Shown here piece after piece: positions 47,283 to 57,074 of a stretch of 64,000 bases of DNA. Position 1 is the first letter of the stretch. Every line of letters starts with the position of its first letter. The notes beneath the pieces are model-generated. The model was given only the letters and a program-made list of their open reading frames with translations, was not told the DNA's origin and made no database searches. The stretch is from Desulfomonilia bacterium (lineage in GTDB: Bacteria > Desulfobacterota > Desulfomonilia > UBA1062): positions 416,001 through 480,000 of the forward strand of contig CAXXDQ010000003.1 of the NCBI GenBank assembly GCA_963664325.2, in the 5' to 3' direction. A program made the translations under genes and the position numbers.

Positions 47283-49614
47283 TTTCCTTGTGTTCGCAAT
47301 CGGGATTGGGACAGGCGAGCTGCTTTCCTTTTTTGATGAGGAACATGGCCCTGCAGACAGGACACTTTTTATCCACAGGTTTTGTCCAGCAGAGGAATTT
47401 ACAGTCTTTGGTTGTGCATGAATAGAATGATTTGCCTTTTTTTGACCTGTTCTGTCGGATTTCACCCGGGCAGCCCGGCATCGGACATTTTAGACCCAGG
47501 GTAATCGGTGTGATGTTTTTGCAGGCCGGATAACCGCTGCAGGCAAGGAAAGGTCCGAATCTTCCCCGTTTGAGAATCATTGGAGAGCCGCATTTTTCGC
47601 ATTTCCTCTCAGTTATCTCATCTTTTTTGACAGGTCTTGTGTTTTTACATTTCGGGTAATTGCTGCATGCCAGGAATACCCCGAAGCGGCCCTTTTTCAT
47701 TATCATGAAGGCGCCGCATTTTTCGCATTTTTCTTCCGTGGTTTCATCTGGAAGTGTCTCTTTTGAAAGGATATTTCCTGTTGTGTCTCTTACATATTCC
47801 TTTGTGTTGGAGCAGTTCGGATACCCTGAACATCCCAGAAAATAGCCGTTTTTGCCAAGCTTTATCATCATTTCCTTTCCGCATGTCTCACACATGATGC
47901 CTGAAGGGCGATGTCCTGTCTTGATGTTCTCCATCTCCTTTAGGGCTTTTTCGTGTTCCCCGTTATAAGTGGAAAAGAAATTTTCCATTGTGTTCACATA
48001 ACTATCCTTGCCTTCCTCAATCTCATCCAGTTCGTCTTCCATTTTTGCAGTAAAACCCACATCAAGGATGTTCGGATAATGTTTGACAAGAAGTCTGTTA
48101 ACATCACGGCCGAGTTCAGTAGGCATGAATGCACCGCTTTCAATTATTACATAGCCCCTGTCCTGTATTGTCGAGATAATGGGTGCATAAGTACTCGGTC
48201 TGCCGATACCTTTTTCATCTAGTTCTTTTATAAGGCTTGCCTCGTTGTATTTTGCTGGCGGCTGGGTGAAATGCTGCTTGGGGTCAATCGAAAGAAGCTT
48301 GAGTTTGTCGCCTTCTTTGAGACCTTCAGGCAAAATCCCTTCATCTTCTTCGTCCTGCATCTTGTAGGCTTTCAGGAAACCCTCAAATTTCAGAACTGAG
48401 CCTGTGGCTCGCAGGCCTACTCCATTGGATGTGAAATCAATTGAGGTCTGCTCGAACACGGCACTCTTCATCTGGGAAGCGACAAAACGCTTAAAGATAA
48501 GATCATAAAGAGCAAACTGGTCTTTGCTGAGATAAGATTTTATTGATTCAGGGTTGTTTTCAAGGGTTGCGGGTCTAATGGCTTCGTGTGCTTGCTGAGC
48601 GGATTTCTTAGCCTTGTAATGTACAGGTTTTTCCGGAAGGAAGTCTTTTCCAAATGTGACTGGTATGAAGTCCCGGACCTGGCTTAGGGCATCTTTCGAA
48701 ACAACCGGTGAGTCGGTCCTCATATACGTGATAAGTCCTGACATGTCACCTGTTTTCCCGATAGCGATTCCCTCATAAAGCTGTTGGGCAATGAGCATGG
48801 TTTTTTTAGAGGAAAACCTGAGTCTTCGTGATGCCTCCTGCTGTAGGGTGGACGTTATGAAAGGCGGCAGCGGGTTGCGGGAACGCGCTTTTTTCTTGTA
48901 ATCTTTGATTATCGCCTCTCCGGCTGACTGAATCTTTTTTGCAATAGATTTGGAGGTTTTTTCATCAGGGATATTTTTAGGCTCAATGACCTTGGCCTTT
49001 ATTTCCTGTCCCGAATCTGTCTTCAGAGATACTTCAATGGTCCAGTACTCAACAGATTTGAAGGCTTCGATCTCATCCTGGCGTTCGCATATAAGCCTTA
49101 CTGCAACAGACTGAACCCTGCCGCCGGACAGTCCCCGTTTGACTTTACGCCAGAGAAGGGGGCTCATCGTATAGCCCACGATCCTGTCCATGGACCGCCT
49201 TGCCATCTGGGCGTCATACAGATTTTTATCCAGCGTTTTTGGGCTTGCCACGGCTTCTTCAATGGCTTTTTTTGTTATCTCATGAAAAATTATACGGCTG
49301 ATTTTCTTATCGGGACCCGCCAGCTCTTCAGCAATATGCCAGGCGATTGCCTCTCCTTCACGGTCAGGGTCGCTTGCAAGGAATATATGGTTTGTTTTTC
49401 CCGCCGCTGTTATAAGTCTTTTGACGACTTCCTTTTTTTCAGGTTTGATGCTGTATGAAGGCGAAAAACCGCCTTTTATGTCGACGCCCATCGTTGTCTT
49501 TGGCAGGTCCTTTATATGTCCCATGGTTGCTTCAACCTCGAAATTCTTGCCCAGAAAACGCTTGATGGTCTTTGCCTTCGTAGGCGACTCAACAATAACA
49601 AGAGCTTTAGCCAT
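47275..49614 (-). CDS. topA: DNA topoisomerase I
   Basis: IVESPTK, ASDPDREGE, GRVQS, ITYMRTD, GIGRPSTY, C-terminal Zn ribbons. Confidence 0.98.
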   Translation of the reverse strand: MAKALVIVESPTKAKTIKRFLGKNFEVEATMGHIKDLPKTTMGVDIKGGFSPSYSIKPEKKEVVKRLITAAGKTNHIFLASDPDREGEAIAWHIAEELAGPDKKISRIIFHEITKKAIEEAVASPKTLDKNLYDAQMARRSMDRIVGYTMSPLLWRKVKRGLSGGRVQSVAVRLICERQDEIEAFKSVEYWTIEVSLKTDSGQEIKAKVIEPKNIPDEKTSKSIAKKIQSAGEAIIKDYKKKARSRNPLPPFITSTLQQEASRRLRFSSKKTMLIAQQLYEGIAIGKTGDMSGLITYMRTDSPVVSKDALSQVRDFIPVTFGKDFLPEKPVHYKAKKSAQQAHEAIRPATLENNPESIKSYLSKDQFALYDLIFKRFVASQMKSAVFEQTSIDFTSNGVGLRATGSVLKFEGFLKAYKMQDEEDEGILPEGLKEGDKLKLLSIDPKQHFTQPPAKYNEASLIKELDEKGIGRPSTYAPIISTIQDRGYVIIESGAFMPTELGRDVNRLLVKHYPNILDVGFTAKMEDELDEIEEGKDSYVNTMENFFSTYNGEHEKALKEMENIKTGHRPSGIMCETCGKEMMIKLGKNGYFLGCSGYPNCSNTKEYVRDTTGNILSKETLPDETTEEKCEKCGAFMIMKKGRFGVFLACSNYPKCKNTRPVKKDEITERKCEKCGSPMILKRGRFGPFLACSGYPACKNITPITLGLKCPMPGCPGEIRQNRSKKGKSFYSCTTKDCKFLCWTKPVDKKCPVCRAMFLIKKGKQLACPNPDCEHKENE

Positions 49615-50689
49615 TTCTTCTCCTTATTGAATATCTGCCACCATCTACCCTGGAAACCAATCCTTCAAGTTCCAGCATGGTCATATCTCTTAAAACGACA
49701 GCTACATCTTCTTTGAGTTCAGATGCCGCTTCATCTATACTCATCGGGCGGGCAGCCAGAAACTCAAGCAACTTGTTTGCAGCTTCAGGAACATTGCCTT
49801 CCAGCTTCGCTTTCATTTGCGGTGCAATTTCAGCCACGACGTCCTCCGCATCCTCAATGAGCACAGCCCCCTGGCGGATAAGGCTGTGCGGTCCTTTTGA
49901 ACGTATGTTGGTGACAGCTCCCGGAACAGCCATACAGGTCCTCCCCTGTTCCGCAGCGAGCCTTGCCGTTATCATTGCGCCTGAATTAAGCGTAGCCTCT
50001 ACAACTATCGTACAATCTGAAAGACCAGATATAACACGGTTTCTCTTTGGGAAATTTTCCGGCCTGGGGTCTGTGCCTGGACTGTATTCGGTTATGATCG
50101 CGCCATTACGTGAAATTCTTTCTGCAAGGCCCTTGTTTTCCGGGGGATAGATTTTATCAAGTCCTGAACCCAGCACCGCTATTGTCCCTGATACGCCTTC
50201 AAGTGCGCCAAGGTGAGCCTGTGTATCTATGCCGCGAGCCATGCCTGATACGACGGATATTCCTTTCAGGCTCAGATCCCTGGCCAGGGAGAATGAAGTT
50301 TCCTTTCCGTAATGCGACGGTGCCCTTGTACCTACAATTGCCGCCGCAGGTTCAATATCATTCATATTCCCGATTACGTAAAGGAGCATGGGGGGATCCG
50401 ATATTTGCCTGAGCAGCGATGGATATTCGGAATCATTCAGAACAACAGTATGGGCATTGATTTCTCTCAGTATATTCAGGGCGTTCCTGACAGAAGATGG
50501 TTCCGGCCCTTTTGTCAGGGCCTCGATCTGCGATTTTTTCAGGAAATCGACAGAACGTATATTGACAGGTTTGAGACCGAGGACTCTTTCGGCTGATCCG
50601 AAACATTCTATGAGTTTTGAAAGGCTCGCAGGGCCTAAACCCGGAACCAGACTCAGGGCGATCAGATCTTCATGGATTTGATTTGCCAT
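49607..50689 (-). CDS. dprA: DNA-processing protein DprA
   Basis: AIVGTR, VSGMARGID, FPKRNRVISGL, SGAMITA. Confidence 0.96.
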   Translation of the reverse strand: MANQIHEDLIALSLVPGLGPASLSKLIECFGSAERVLGLKPVNIRSVDFLKKSQIEALTKGPEPSSVRNALNILREINAHTVVLNDSEYPSLLRQISDPPMLLYVIGNMNDIEPAAAIVGTRAPSHYGKETSFSLARDLSLKGISVVSGMARGIDTQAHLGALEGVSGTIAVLGSGLDKIYPPENKGLAERISRNGAIITEYSPGTDPRPENFPKRNRVISGLSDCTIVVEATLNSGAMITARLAAEQGRTCMAVPGAVTNIRSKGPHSLIRQGAVLIEDAEDVVAEIAPQMKAKLEGNVPEAANKLLEFLAARPMSIDEAASELKEDVAVVLRDMTMLELEGLVSRVDGGRYSIRRRNG

Positions 50690-50778
50690 AACGGTCTTCG
50701 GGGTACAGTAAAGGAATAGGGGGTGTCAAGCCTGTTTGTGTGATATCAAATCCTATTGTGTGAAATATGCCATTGATA

Positions 50779-51921
50779 TTAAGGTGTTCTGAAATCAAAT
50801 ATCCTAAGGGTCCCGTTAAGGTAGTTGCATGTCCATAATTCGGTGATGCCGTTATCCTCATAAATATCAATTCCTACCGGGTGTTCCGATGATTCCCATG
50901 CACCTAGTAGTCTAAGGTCTGAAGCTGAAAATACCTGCATGATGTTGGAATAGTAGCATACCAGGAAAACGTATTTGCCGTCTTTAGAAAGAACAGCAGT
51001 CCTTGGAGATTTGCCTGTTTCCGCCTGTGCCTCAACTTTCCTTCTCCGTGTATCAATCTTGATCAGTCTGGATTCGGAGTTTAATGTAACATAAAGATAT
51101 TTGCCATCGGTTACCACATGCCGTGGATTAGTGCCTGCAGTAATATCGGCGGTCCTCTTCATTCCTTCTATGTCGACAACACAGATTCCGTTGCCACCCG
51201 TCAATGCGAGATAAAGCATTTTTGAATCCGGGGAGACAGCAAGCCCTCTCGGGATAGTATCTGTACTGATATCTTGGACTTTTTTCCAGTCAGCTGGATT
51301 GCTTGAATTTATTGTAATTACACTCACACTATTTGAATGCCAGTTGGAAACGAAAACATATTTTCCATCGGGGCTTGCCGTTACAACCTTCGGCGTCTTG
51401 CCCGTCCGGATAAACAAAAGACGTATTTGTCTGACAGTCGGTTTTTCTTCGCCGGTGCCAAAGTCGCAAAGTTTCACCGTCTTGCTAGACCTGCCCGGGC
51501 AATAAGTTTCACCGCCGTTTAAATCCCATATGACCACGCCTCCCGCATTATGCAGGGAAATCCAGAGATATCGCCCGCCATGTGTAAGGGCTGCTTCTAC
51601 AGGCTTTTCCTCAAATGAATCAATGAAAACTTTTTTATCGTAATCGAAGCCCTTTCCCTTTGTAGGAATGAAAGAAAGTTTTCTCAGGATCTTTCTTGAT
51701 TTACGGTCAAACTCATACACGCTCATGCCTTCAAGGTTCATTGAATAAACCCTGGAGCCGTCCGGACTTATGAGGATGGATTTAACGCCGTATGTTGCAC
51801 TGACAGTTTCGGTACTCTCAAACTGAAGCAGCGGAGTATTGTCTTCGGCAACCGCAGTTGAGGATAAAATGTAAAAGATAAGACATAGGACAATCAATGA
51901 AAAATGATTAGCTTTAATCAC
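50779..51921 (-). CDS. Exported YncE/YVTN-like beta-propeller protein
   Basis: GTG start overlapping the upstream TGA, signal peptide, repeated TG..P....SPDG.Y.Y blades. Confidence 0.8.
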   Translation of the reverse strand: MIKANHFSLIVLCLIFYILSSTAVAEDNTPLLQFESTETVSATYGVKSILISPDGSRVYSMNLEGMSVYEFDRKSRKILRKLSFIPTKGKGFDYDKKVFIDSFEEKPVEAALTHGGRYLWISLHNAGGVVIWDLNGGETYCPGRSSKTVKLCDFGTGEEKPTVRQIRLLFIRTGKTPKVVTASPDGKYVFVSNWHSNSVSVITINSSNPADWKKVQDISTDTIPRGLAVSPDSKMLYLALTGGNGICVVDIEGMKRTADITAGTNPRHVVTDGKYLYVTLNSESRLIKIDTRRRKVEAQAETGKSPRTAVLSKDGKYVFLVCYYSNIMQVFSASDLRLLGAWESSEHPVGIDIYEDNGITELWTCNYLNGTLRIFDFRTP

Positions 51922-52841
51922 GACCGCCTCGATGAAAATATTGCGCTGAGCTGGGATATCAGCATTCCGGAAAGCATAAGAATGCAGCCGAAAATGTCTC
52001 TTATCCCGAGATGTTCTTCCAGAAGCATCCATCCGCCCAAAGCGGCGAATAATGTCTCAAGGCTCATAATTATAGCTGCATGTGCAGGGTTGGCTTTTTC
52101 CTGGACTACTACCTGAATGGTGAAGGCAATGCCTGCCGACATGAAGCCGCCATACAGGATCGGCCACATGGCGCCTTGAATGCCGGATAGTGTTATTTTT
52201 TCCAAAACCAGAGCCGACAGAAGACTGAGAGCGGATGCTATTGCAAACTGGAGGAAGGCGAGCTTTATGGGGCCGACCCGGGATGAAAATATTCCCACTA
52301 GAGTAATATGTATTGCCCAGAACAAAGCACTTGCAAGCACCAGCATATCACCGAGATTGATTGAGAGGTTCTCTTTTATGCTCAAGAAATAAAGGCCGGC
52401 CACGGCCAGAACCGCGCCAATCCAGGTTCCTTTTCCTATTTTGCGGCCCCAGAAATAATTTATAATAGGAACCAGGACGACATAAAGGCCGGTGATAAAT
52501 CCCGCCTTGCCCGCAGTTGTATAGACCATTCCCCACTGCTGGAAGCCGGATGCCACGAACAATACAATACCGCAGCAGATTCCGCCGAATAATATGCCTT
52601 TAATCCCGGCCCTTTCTCTGATGGCAGGGGATAAGGCGGACTGTTCATTCCTTTGTTTCATATTTATAAGCAGCAGAGGAACAAGGCTTAAGGCGCCAAG
52701 TGCAAAGCGGCAGGCGTTATAAAGCATGGGGCCGACATATTCCATGCCCTTTCTTTGAGCGACGAACGCAAATCCCCAGATTGCTGCGGCAACGAGCAGC
52801 ATTAAATCGTTTCGCACATTATGGCTTTCTTTATTTATCAA
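51918..52841 (-). CDS. EamA/DMT family transporter
   Basis: AIWGFAFVAQ, TTAGKAGFITGLYVVLVP, IMSLETLFA; about 10 TM segments. Confidence 0.92.
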   Translation of the reverse strand: MINKESHNVRNDLMLLVAAAIWGFAFVAQRKGMEYVGPMLYNACRFALGALSLVPLLLINMKQRNEQSALSPAIRERAGIKGILFGGICCGIVLFVASGFQQWGMVYTTAGKAGFITGLYVVLVPIINYFWGRKIGKGTWIGAVLAVAGLYFLSIKENLSINLGDMLVLASALFWAIHITLVGIFSSRVGPIKLAFLQFAIASALSLLSALVLEKITLSGIQGAMWPILYGGFMSAGIAFTIQVVVQEKANPAHAAIIMSLETLFAALGGWMLLEEHLGIRDIFGCILMLSGMLISQLSAIFSSRRS

Positions 52842-52843
52842 AA

Positions 52844-53779
52844 TCAGCCCCTGAAGAATTCCTTAACAAGACGTGTAAATTCTAAATTATCATCCACCAT
52901 GCATACTTTCTGCCTGAAAGCTGCAGAACCCTGCATGCCCTTGACATATTGAGATATAAACTTCCTCATGTAACGGGTGGCCTTCTGTTGCCCGAAGTAT
53001 GAACACAGCATGTCAAGGTGCTCAATGATTACCCCGCATTTTTCATCCGGGCCCGGAGAGGCATTCCCTGAAAGTTCGCTGAATATCCAGGGCCTGCCTA
53101 TCGCTGCCCTGCCTATCATGAAAGCGTCTGCCCCGATTGATTCAAGCCTGACAATATCTTCGCTCTGTTTAATATCACCGCTTGCTATTACGGGCACATT
53201 GAGAACAGCTTTGAGCTTTTCAAGCATCTTCCAGGAGGGGGCGTTCCTGTACATGTCGGAGCGTGTTCTCGGATGGAGTATAACAGCAGATGCACCTTCA
53301 TCAACAAGTTTTGATGCGAGCTCATCAGCATTCAGGCAGTCAGAATCCCAGCCCGAACGCATCTTTACGCTTACAGGGATTTTGACCGCTCTGCATATTT
53401 CCCGTACAATCTTGAGTGCCGTTTGATGAGCTTTCATCAGTGCGGCACCTGCGCCTTTCAAAACGACCTTCCTTACAGGACATCCCATATTTATGTCGAT
53501 GCCGTCAAAACCCCTGCTTTCCAGTATCCTTGACGCATGAGCCATTTCATCCGGATCGGAACCGAAAATCTGGGCAACCAGCGGCCTGTCATCCTCAGGC
53601 CGTTCGAGAAGCATTCTTGTATTCCGGTCGTTCCTGATAATGCCTGTCGCGCTGAGCATTTCCGTATATGCTAGCTCTGCCCCGTATCTCCGGCACAACA
53701 TGCGCATGGGATAATTCGTGTAGCCCGATAAAGGTGCAAGGAACAGCCTGTTATCAAATCTGATATTGTAAATCTGCAT
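52844..53779 (-). CDS. dusB: tRNA-dihydrouridine synthase (DusB-like)
   Basis: LAPLSG, IDINMGCPV, GAALM, SVKMRSGW, HPRT, MIGRAAIGRPW. Confidence 0.92.
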   Translation of the reverse strand: MQIYNIRFDNRLFLAPLSGYTNYPMRMLCRRYGAELAYTEMLSATGIIRNDRNTRMLLERPEDDRPLVAQIFGSDPDEMAHASRILESRGFDGIDINMGCPVRKVVLKGAGAALMKAHQTALKIVREICRAVKIPVSVKMRSGWDSDCLNADELASKLVDEGASAVILHPRTRSDMYRNAPSWKMLEKLKAVLNVPVIASGDIKQSEDIVRLESIGADAFMIGRAAIGRPWIFSELSGNASPGPDEKCGVIIEHLDMLCSYFGQQKATRYMRKFISQYVKGMQGSAAFRQKVCMVDDNLEFTRLVKEFFRG

Positions 53780-53888
53780 TGCGGCAATATATCTTCATGC
53801 TAAAAATACCGCAATCGAGAACTCCTTGAATCATCTGTACAAAAACATTTGTAAAGGCTACATAGGGAAAAAATTTCAAGGAGACAAT

Positions 53889-54074
53889 ATGGACCCGGAT
53901 AAGATTATCGATGGATTATTCAAGGAATTGGGATCTGCTCTTAAGGCTTTATCAACTGCTAAAACAATGGAAGATAAGGTTGCATGCAGCGAGGTTATCA
54001 GGAACCTGAGCGAATCATTGGGAATATTCCTGGATCTTGCGAACGGGATGATGGAGTGTGAATGCGAGGAATAG
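53889..54074 (+). CDS. Small hypothetical protein (61 aa)
   Basis: AGGAG RBS before ATG; helical amphipathic pattern; hairpin downstream. Confidence 0.65.
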   Translation: MDPDKIIDGLFKELGSALKALSTAKTMEDKVACSEVIRNLSESLGIFLDLANGMMECECEE

Positions 54075-54115
54075 CAGGCTGAGAGATTAACATATAGTTC
54101 TATTATGCCGATGAC

Positions 54116-54139
54116 GGGCGCCTGTTATTCATGGCGCCC
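54116..54139. terminator. GC-rich hairpin between convergent genes
   Basis: GGGCGCC-N10-GGCGCCC; no clear U tract. Confidence 0.4.
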
Positions 54140-54169
54140 CTAACTTGTCTCCACAGTCTTGATTTTGCA

Positions 54170-55081
54170 TCAGGTATAATTCTTCCCCTGGAAAAGCTCC
54201 ATTTTATTAATAGTCCCATGGATTTTATCAAGCACCTTTTTCTTTTGAAGCGCCCATGATGGCGCAATGAGCTCATCCGGGTGAGGATCGCCTGTTATTC
54301 GCTGAATGATCATTTCAGGAGGCAGACATGCTATGAATCGGGCAACCCCTTCGGCATATTCCTCCAATAACAACGGCTTGTAAATTCCAGCTTCAAGCAT
54401 TTTTTCAAGGAGAGTGTTTCTGATAACATACATAAGATGAATTTTAATGTCTGTTACAGGAAGGTCTGCCACAAAACGGGCGGTGCTCAGCCAGTCGACC
54501 TCTCCTTCTCCAGGAAGACCCAAAATGACATGTGCACACACCCGCAGTCCGTGTTCATTGGCCATCGCTGCTGCTTTGGAAAATGCCATCGAATCATGCC
54601 CACGGTTTATAAGCCTCAGGGTTTCATCATTTGAAGACTGCAAGCCATATTCAATCCAGACCATCCTTTTGTCTGAATATGAACCGATCAGATCCAAGAT
54701 TTCATTAGTTATGCAGTCAGGTCTTGTCCCGATAGAGATGCCAACGATTTCAGGATAGGGCAAGACGCAGTCATAAATCCGCTTCAGTTTCTCTAAGGGC
54801 GCATAAGTGTTTGTATATGATTGGAAATAGGCAATGAAGGATTTTGCTTTGTAACGTTTTGACAGAAGTGCAATCTGTGTTTCAATCTGTTCTTTAAGCC
54901 CTATTCCTTTGGCAATTGCTCCGGTGCCCGATCCGGAGGCATTACAGTATATACAGCCGCCATTTTTTTTGGCATCCCTGTGGGGGCAGGTCAGGCCGGC
55001 ATCAAGCGTTATTTTCTGTACACGCTGTCCGAAATGCTCACGCAGAAAAGAACTGAAAGTTCTATATGGTAGATTATTCAT
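54170..55081 (-). CDS. Radical SAM protein, TIGR01212/YhcC family
   Basis: KITLDAGLTCPHRD...GGCIYC, YFQSYTNTY, GTRPDC, EYGLQS, HVILGLPGE. Confidence 0.92.
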   Translation of the reverse strand: MNNLPYRTFSSFLREHFGQRVQKITLDAGLTCPHRDAKKNGGCIYCNASGSGTGAIAKGIGLKEQIETQIALLSKRYKAKSFIAYFQSYTNTYAPLEKLKRIYDCVLPYPEIVGISIGTRPDCITNEILDLIGSYSDKRMVWIEYGLQSSNDETLRLINRGHDSMAFSKAAAMANEHGLRVCAHVILGLPGEGEVDWLSTARFVADLPVTDIKIHLMYVIRNTLLEKMLEAGIYKPLLLEEYAEGVARFIACLPPEMIIQRITGDPHPDELIAPSWALQKKKVLDKIHGTINKMELFQGKNYT

Positions 55082-55235
55082 AAAAACACAAAGTGGATTT
55101 TATCAAGTCCAAACCTCTTAACATATCTGTCATGTTCCTCCTGAAGGAATTGCCGAATAATATGAATGAGAAACGGAGAGGTCAATAAAATTAAGATGAA
55201 TTGACAGTATAAAGTCCTTTTGCTAAAGGAATATA

Positions 55236-55859
55236 ATGGATCAAGTATTGAGAAAAGATAAAATCCTTGAAAGTGCTAAGGCCGTTTTCATCCACAATGG
55301 TATCAAGTCTTCCACGATAGGAGAGATTGCGGAGCATGCCGGGATTGGTAAGCCAATACTTTACCAGCACTTTCCCGGAAAGAATGAAATACTTGAAGAG
55401 CTTGTCAAAAAAGAAGTTGAAAACCTGAAAAGTTCCCTTACAAAAGGGATCGATAATAATGACAACCCTCTCATAAAGATGGCTCATATGTGGGATAACG
55501 CCCTGTCGTTTTACGAAAAAGATGATTTCCTCATGTACTTGCTCAGGGGAAATGAACTCGGCCTGCCGCCGTATATGTATAATCAGTATCTGCTGGAAAT
55601 AGAGACCTTTGTTGTAAATTTGATAGAATCCATTTTTAAAGAAGCGATAGAACATGACCTGTTCGTGAAGATTGACAGCCATGTAGCTGCATATATATCA
55701 TATAAGATTTACCAGGCCTGCACTTACAGTAAAACTGACACGATCGGTAATTTTACTACAAAACAGATTATGCAGAAGGTTCTTGGAATCATGGGAGCAG
55801 GCCTTCTTAATCATAAGCTTGACATCTCACAGTTGCTTGCCGAGAACAAGATCACATAA
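55236..55859 (+). CDS. TetR/AcrR family regulator
   Basis: HTH GIKSSTIGEIAEHAGIGKPILYQHFPGK. Confidence 0.9.
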   Translation: MDQVLRKDKILESAKAVFIHNGIKSSTIGEIAEHAGIGKPILYQHFPGKNEILEELVKKEVENLKSSLTKGIDNNDNPLIKMAHMWDNALSFYEKDDFLMYLLRGNELGLPPYMYNQYLLEIETFVVNLIESIFKEAIEHDLFVKIDSHVAAYISYKIYQACTYSKTDTIGNFTTKQIMQKVLGIMGAGLLNHKLDISQLLAENKIT

Positions 55860-55907
55860 CGGTAATAACCCGCAATACTTGATCACAGCAGGAATGCCAG
55901 ATTCTTA

Positions 55908-56861
55908 TTATATTACCGCGAACGGATAAAAAGGCTCGTAATTGTTTCTCTCAAAAGATTTCACAGTCTCAGATGCACCTGCTATTGATTTGATACTGTC
56001 GATGCACTCTATTGTTGAATCATAACCAGCCTTTCTGCATAGCTCCCATTTGCTGAATTCAAAGAATCTGTAATTTTTAATTGCCGGTGAGATGGTAATG
56101 TCTGCAAGGCTTTTCTCGATTAGATTAAGCCGGTGTCCCCGTATATCCGTCGCCGTGTTTATAGACTGGATGGAATTTTTAAGATGGCTCCTGGTGATAA
56201 CAGCTTCGGTATCTACGGCTATTATTTTTTTTGCGCCAAGAAGGTGTGCTGCCATGACAGGAACCACGCTTATAATACCTCCATCCATCAGTACCCTTTC
56301 CCCATGGATTACAGGTTTACATATTCCGGGGAAGGCCGATGATGCATAGAGGAAAGTCGGCAGTTCTCCCCTTGTAGCAGCTACTGCTTCAGCTGATGCG
56401 TAATCTGTGGTGAGAGCTGCGAAAGGGATCGCTGTATCTTCAAGGAGAAATTTGTGTGAGTTTAAAATACCTTTACCCAAAATATTCCTGAAGGCTTTCC
56501 TTACAAGTTCTTCGGATAAAAAGCCATGCCTGCGGCATGCATGGACCACGCTAGCTGCATAGGCTGTCTTTGATATGATTTTGGTAAGTATATTCCCACC
56601 TGAACCCTTGAGCATATTTTCAAGTTTTATCAATGTCTCGTTTTTTGAAAACTTGTCAGCAAAGATATCTACATAATGCGGGTCACGAACATAGGCATAA
56701 ACACCCCCCAGGACACTTCCTATTGAGCTGCCTACTATAAGATCGGGTTCTATGCCGTTTTCATGGAGAGCTCTGAAAACTCCGAGATGCGCCATGCATC
56801 TGACTCCGCCGCCCCCTAGAACAAGTGCAAGGTTGTATTCTTTCATGGGTTGCCTCTTCAT
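55908..56861 (-). CDS. Patatin-like phospholipase
   Basis: GGGGVR, GSSIG nucleophile, ASSAFPG, DGG. Confidence 0.92.
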   Translation of the reverse strand: MKRQPMKEYNLALVLGGGGVRCMAHLGVFRALHENGIEPDLIVGSSIGSVLGGVYAYVRDPHYVDIFADKFSKNETLIKLENMLKGSGGNILTKIISKTAYAASVVHACRRHGFLSEELVRKAFRNILGKGILNSHKFLLEDTAIPFAALTTDYASAEAVAATRGELPTFLYASSAFPGICKPVIHGERVLMDGGIISVVPVMAAHLLGAKKIIAVDTEAVITRSHLKNSIQSINTATDIRGHRLNLIEKSLADITISPAIKNYRFFEFSKWELCRKAGYDSTIECIDSIKSIAGASETVKSFERNNYEPFYPFAVI

Positions 56862-57030
56862 TAGTTGATCGATTGACTTAAAACATAGCTATCCTGACCA
56901 GTGTCCTGGTTTGCTCCGAGCTTTGTGTGGACATCAGGATTGCTGCCGTATTTTTCGTGTGCGTCGCTTACTTCTTCAAGCACCCTTGCTGCATTGGCCT
57001 GATCATGGTTTGAAATCTCGATAATATGTT

Positions 57031-57074
57031 CCATGTAGGATATCCGGTCAAGCCTGTAGGATATCCGGTTCAAG
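57031..57074. repeat. Imperfect 22-nt tandem duplication inside the radical SAM gene
   Basis: CCATGTAGGATATCCGGTCAAG followed by CCTGTAGGATATCCGGTTCAAG. Confidence 0.85.

Noticed and set aside
47283-47465. Apparent 61-aa N-terminal extension of TrmFO overlapping topA (similar over-long starts at 22619, 33383 and 52032)
   Set aside because: Downstream starts with an RBS or stop-start overlap fit the family N-termini; artefacts of longest-ORF calling.
45987-50689. dprA-topA-trmFO cluster as a possible defence or competence island
   Set aside because: This is a widely conserved housekeeping gene order with no accessory genes.
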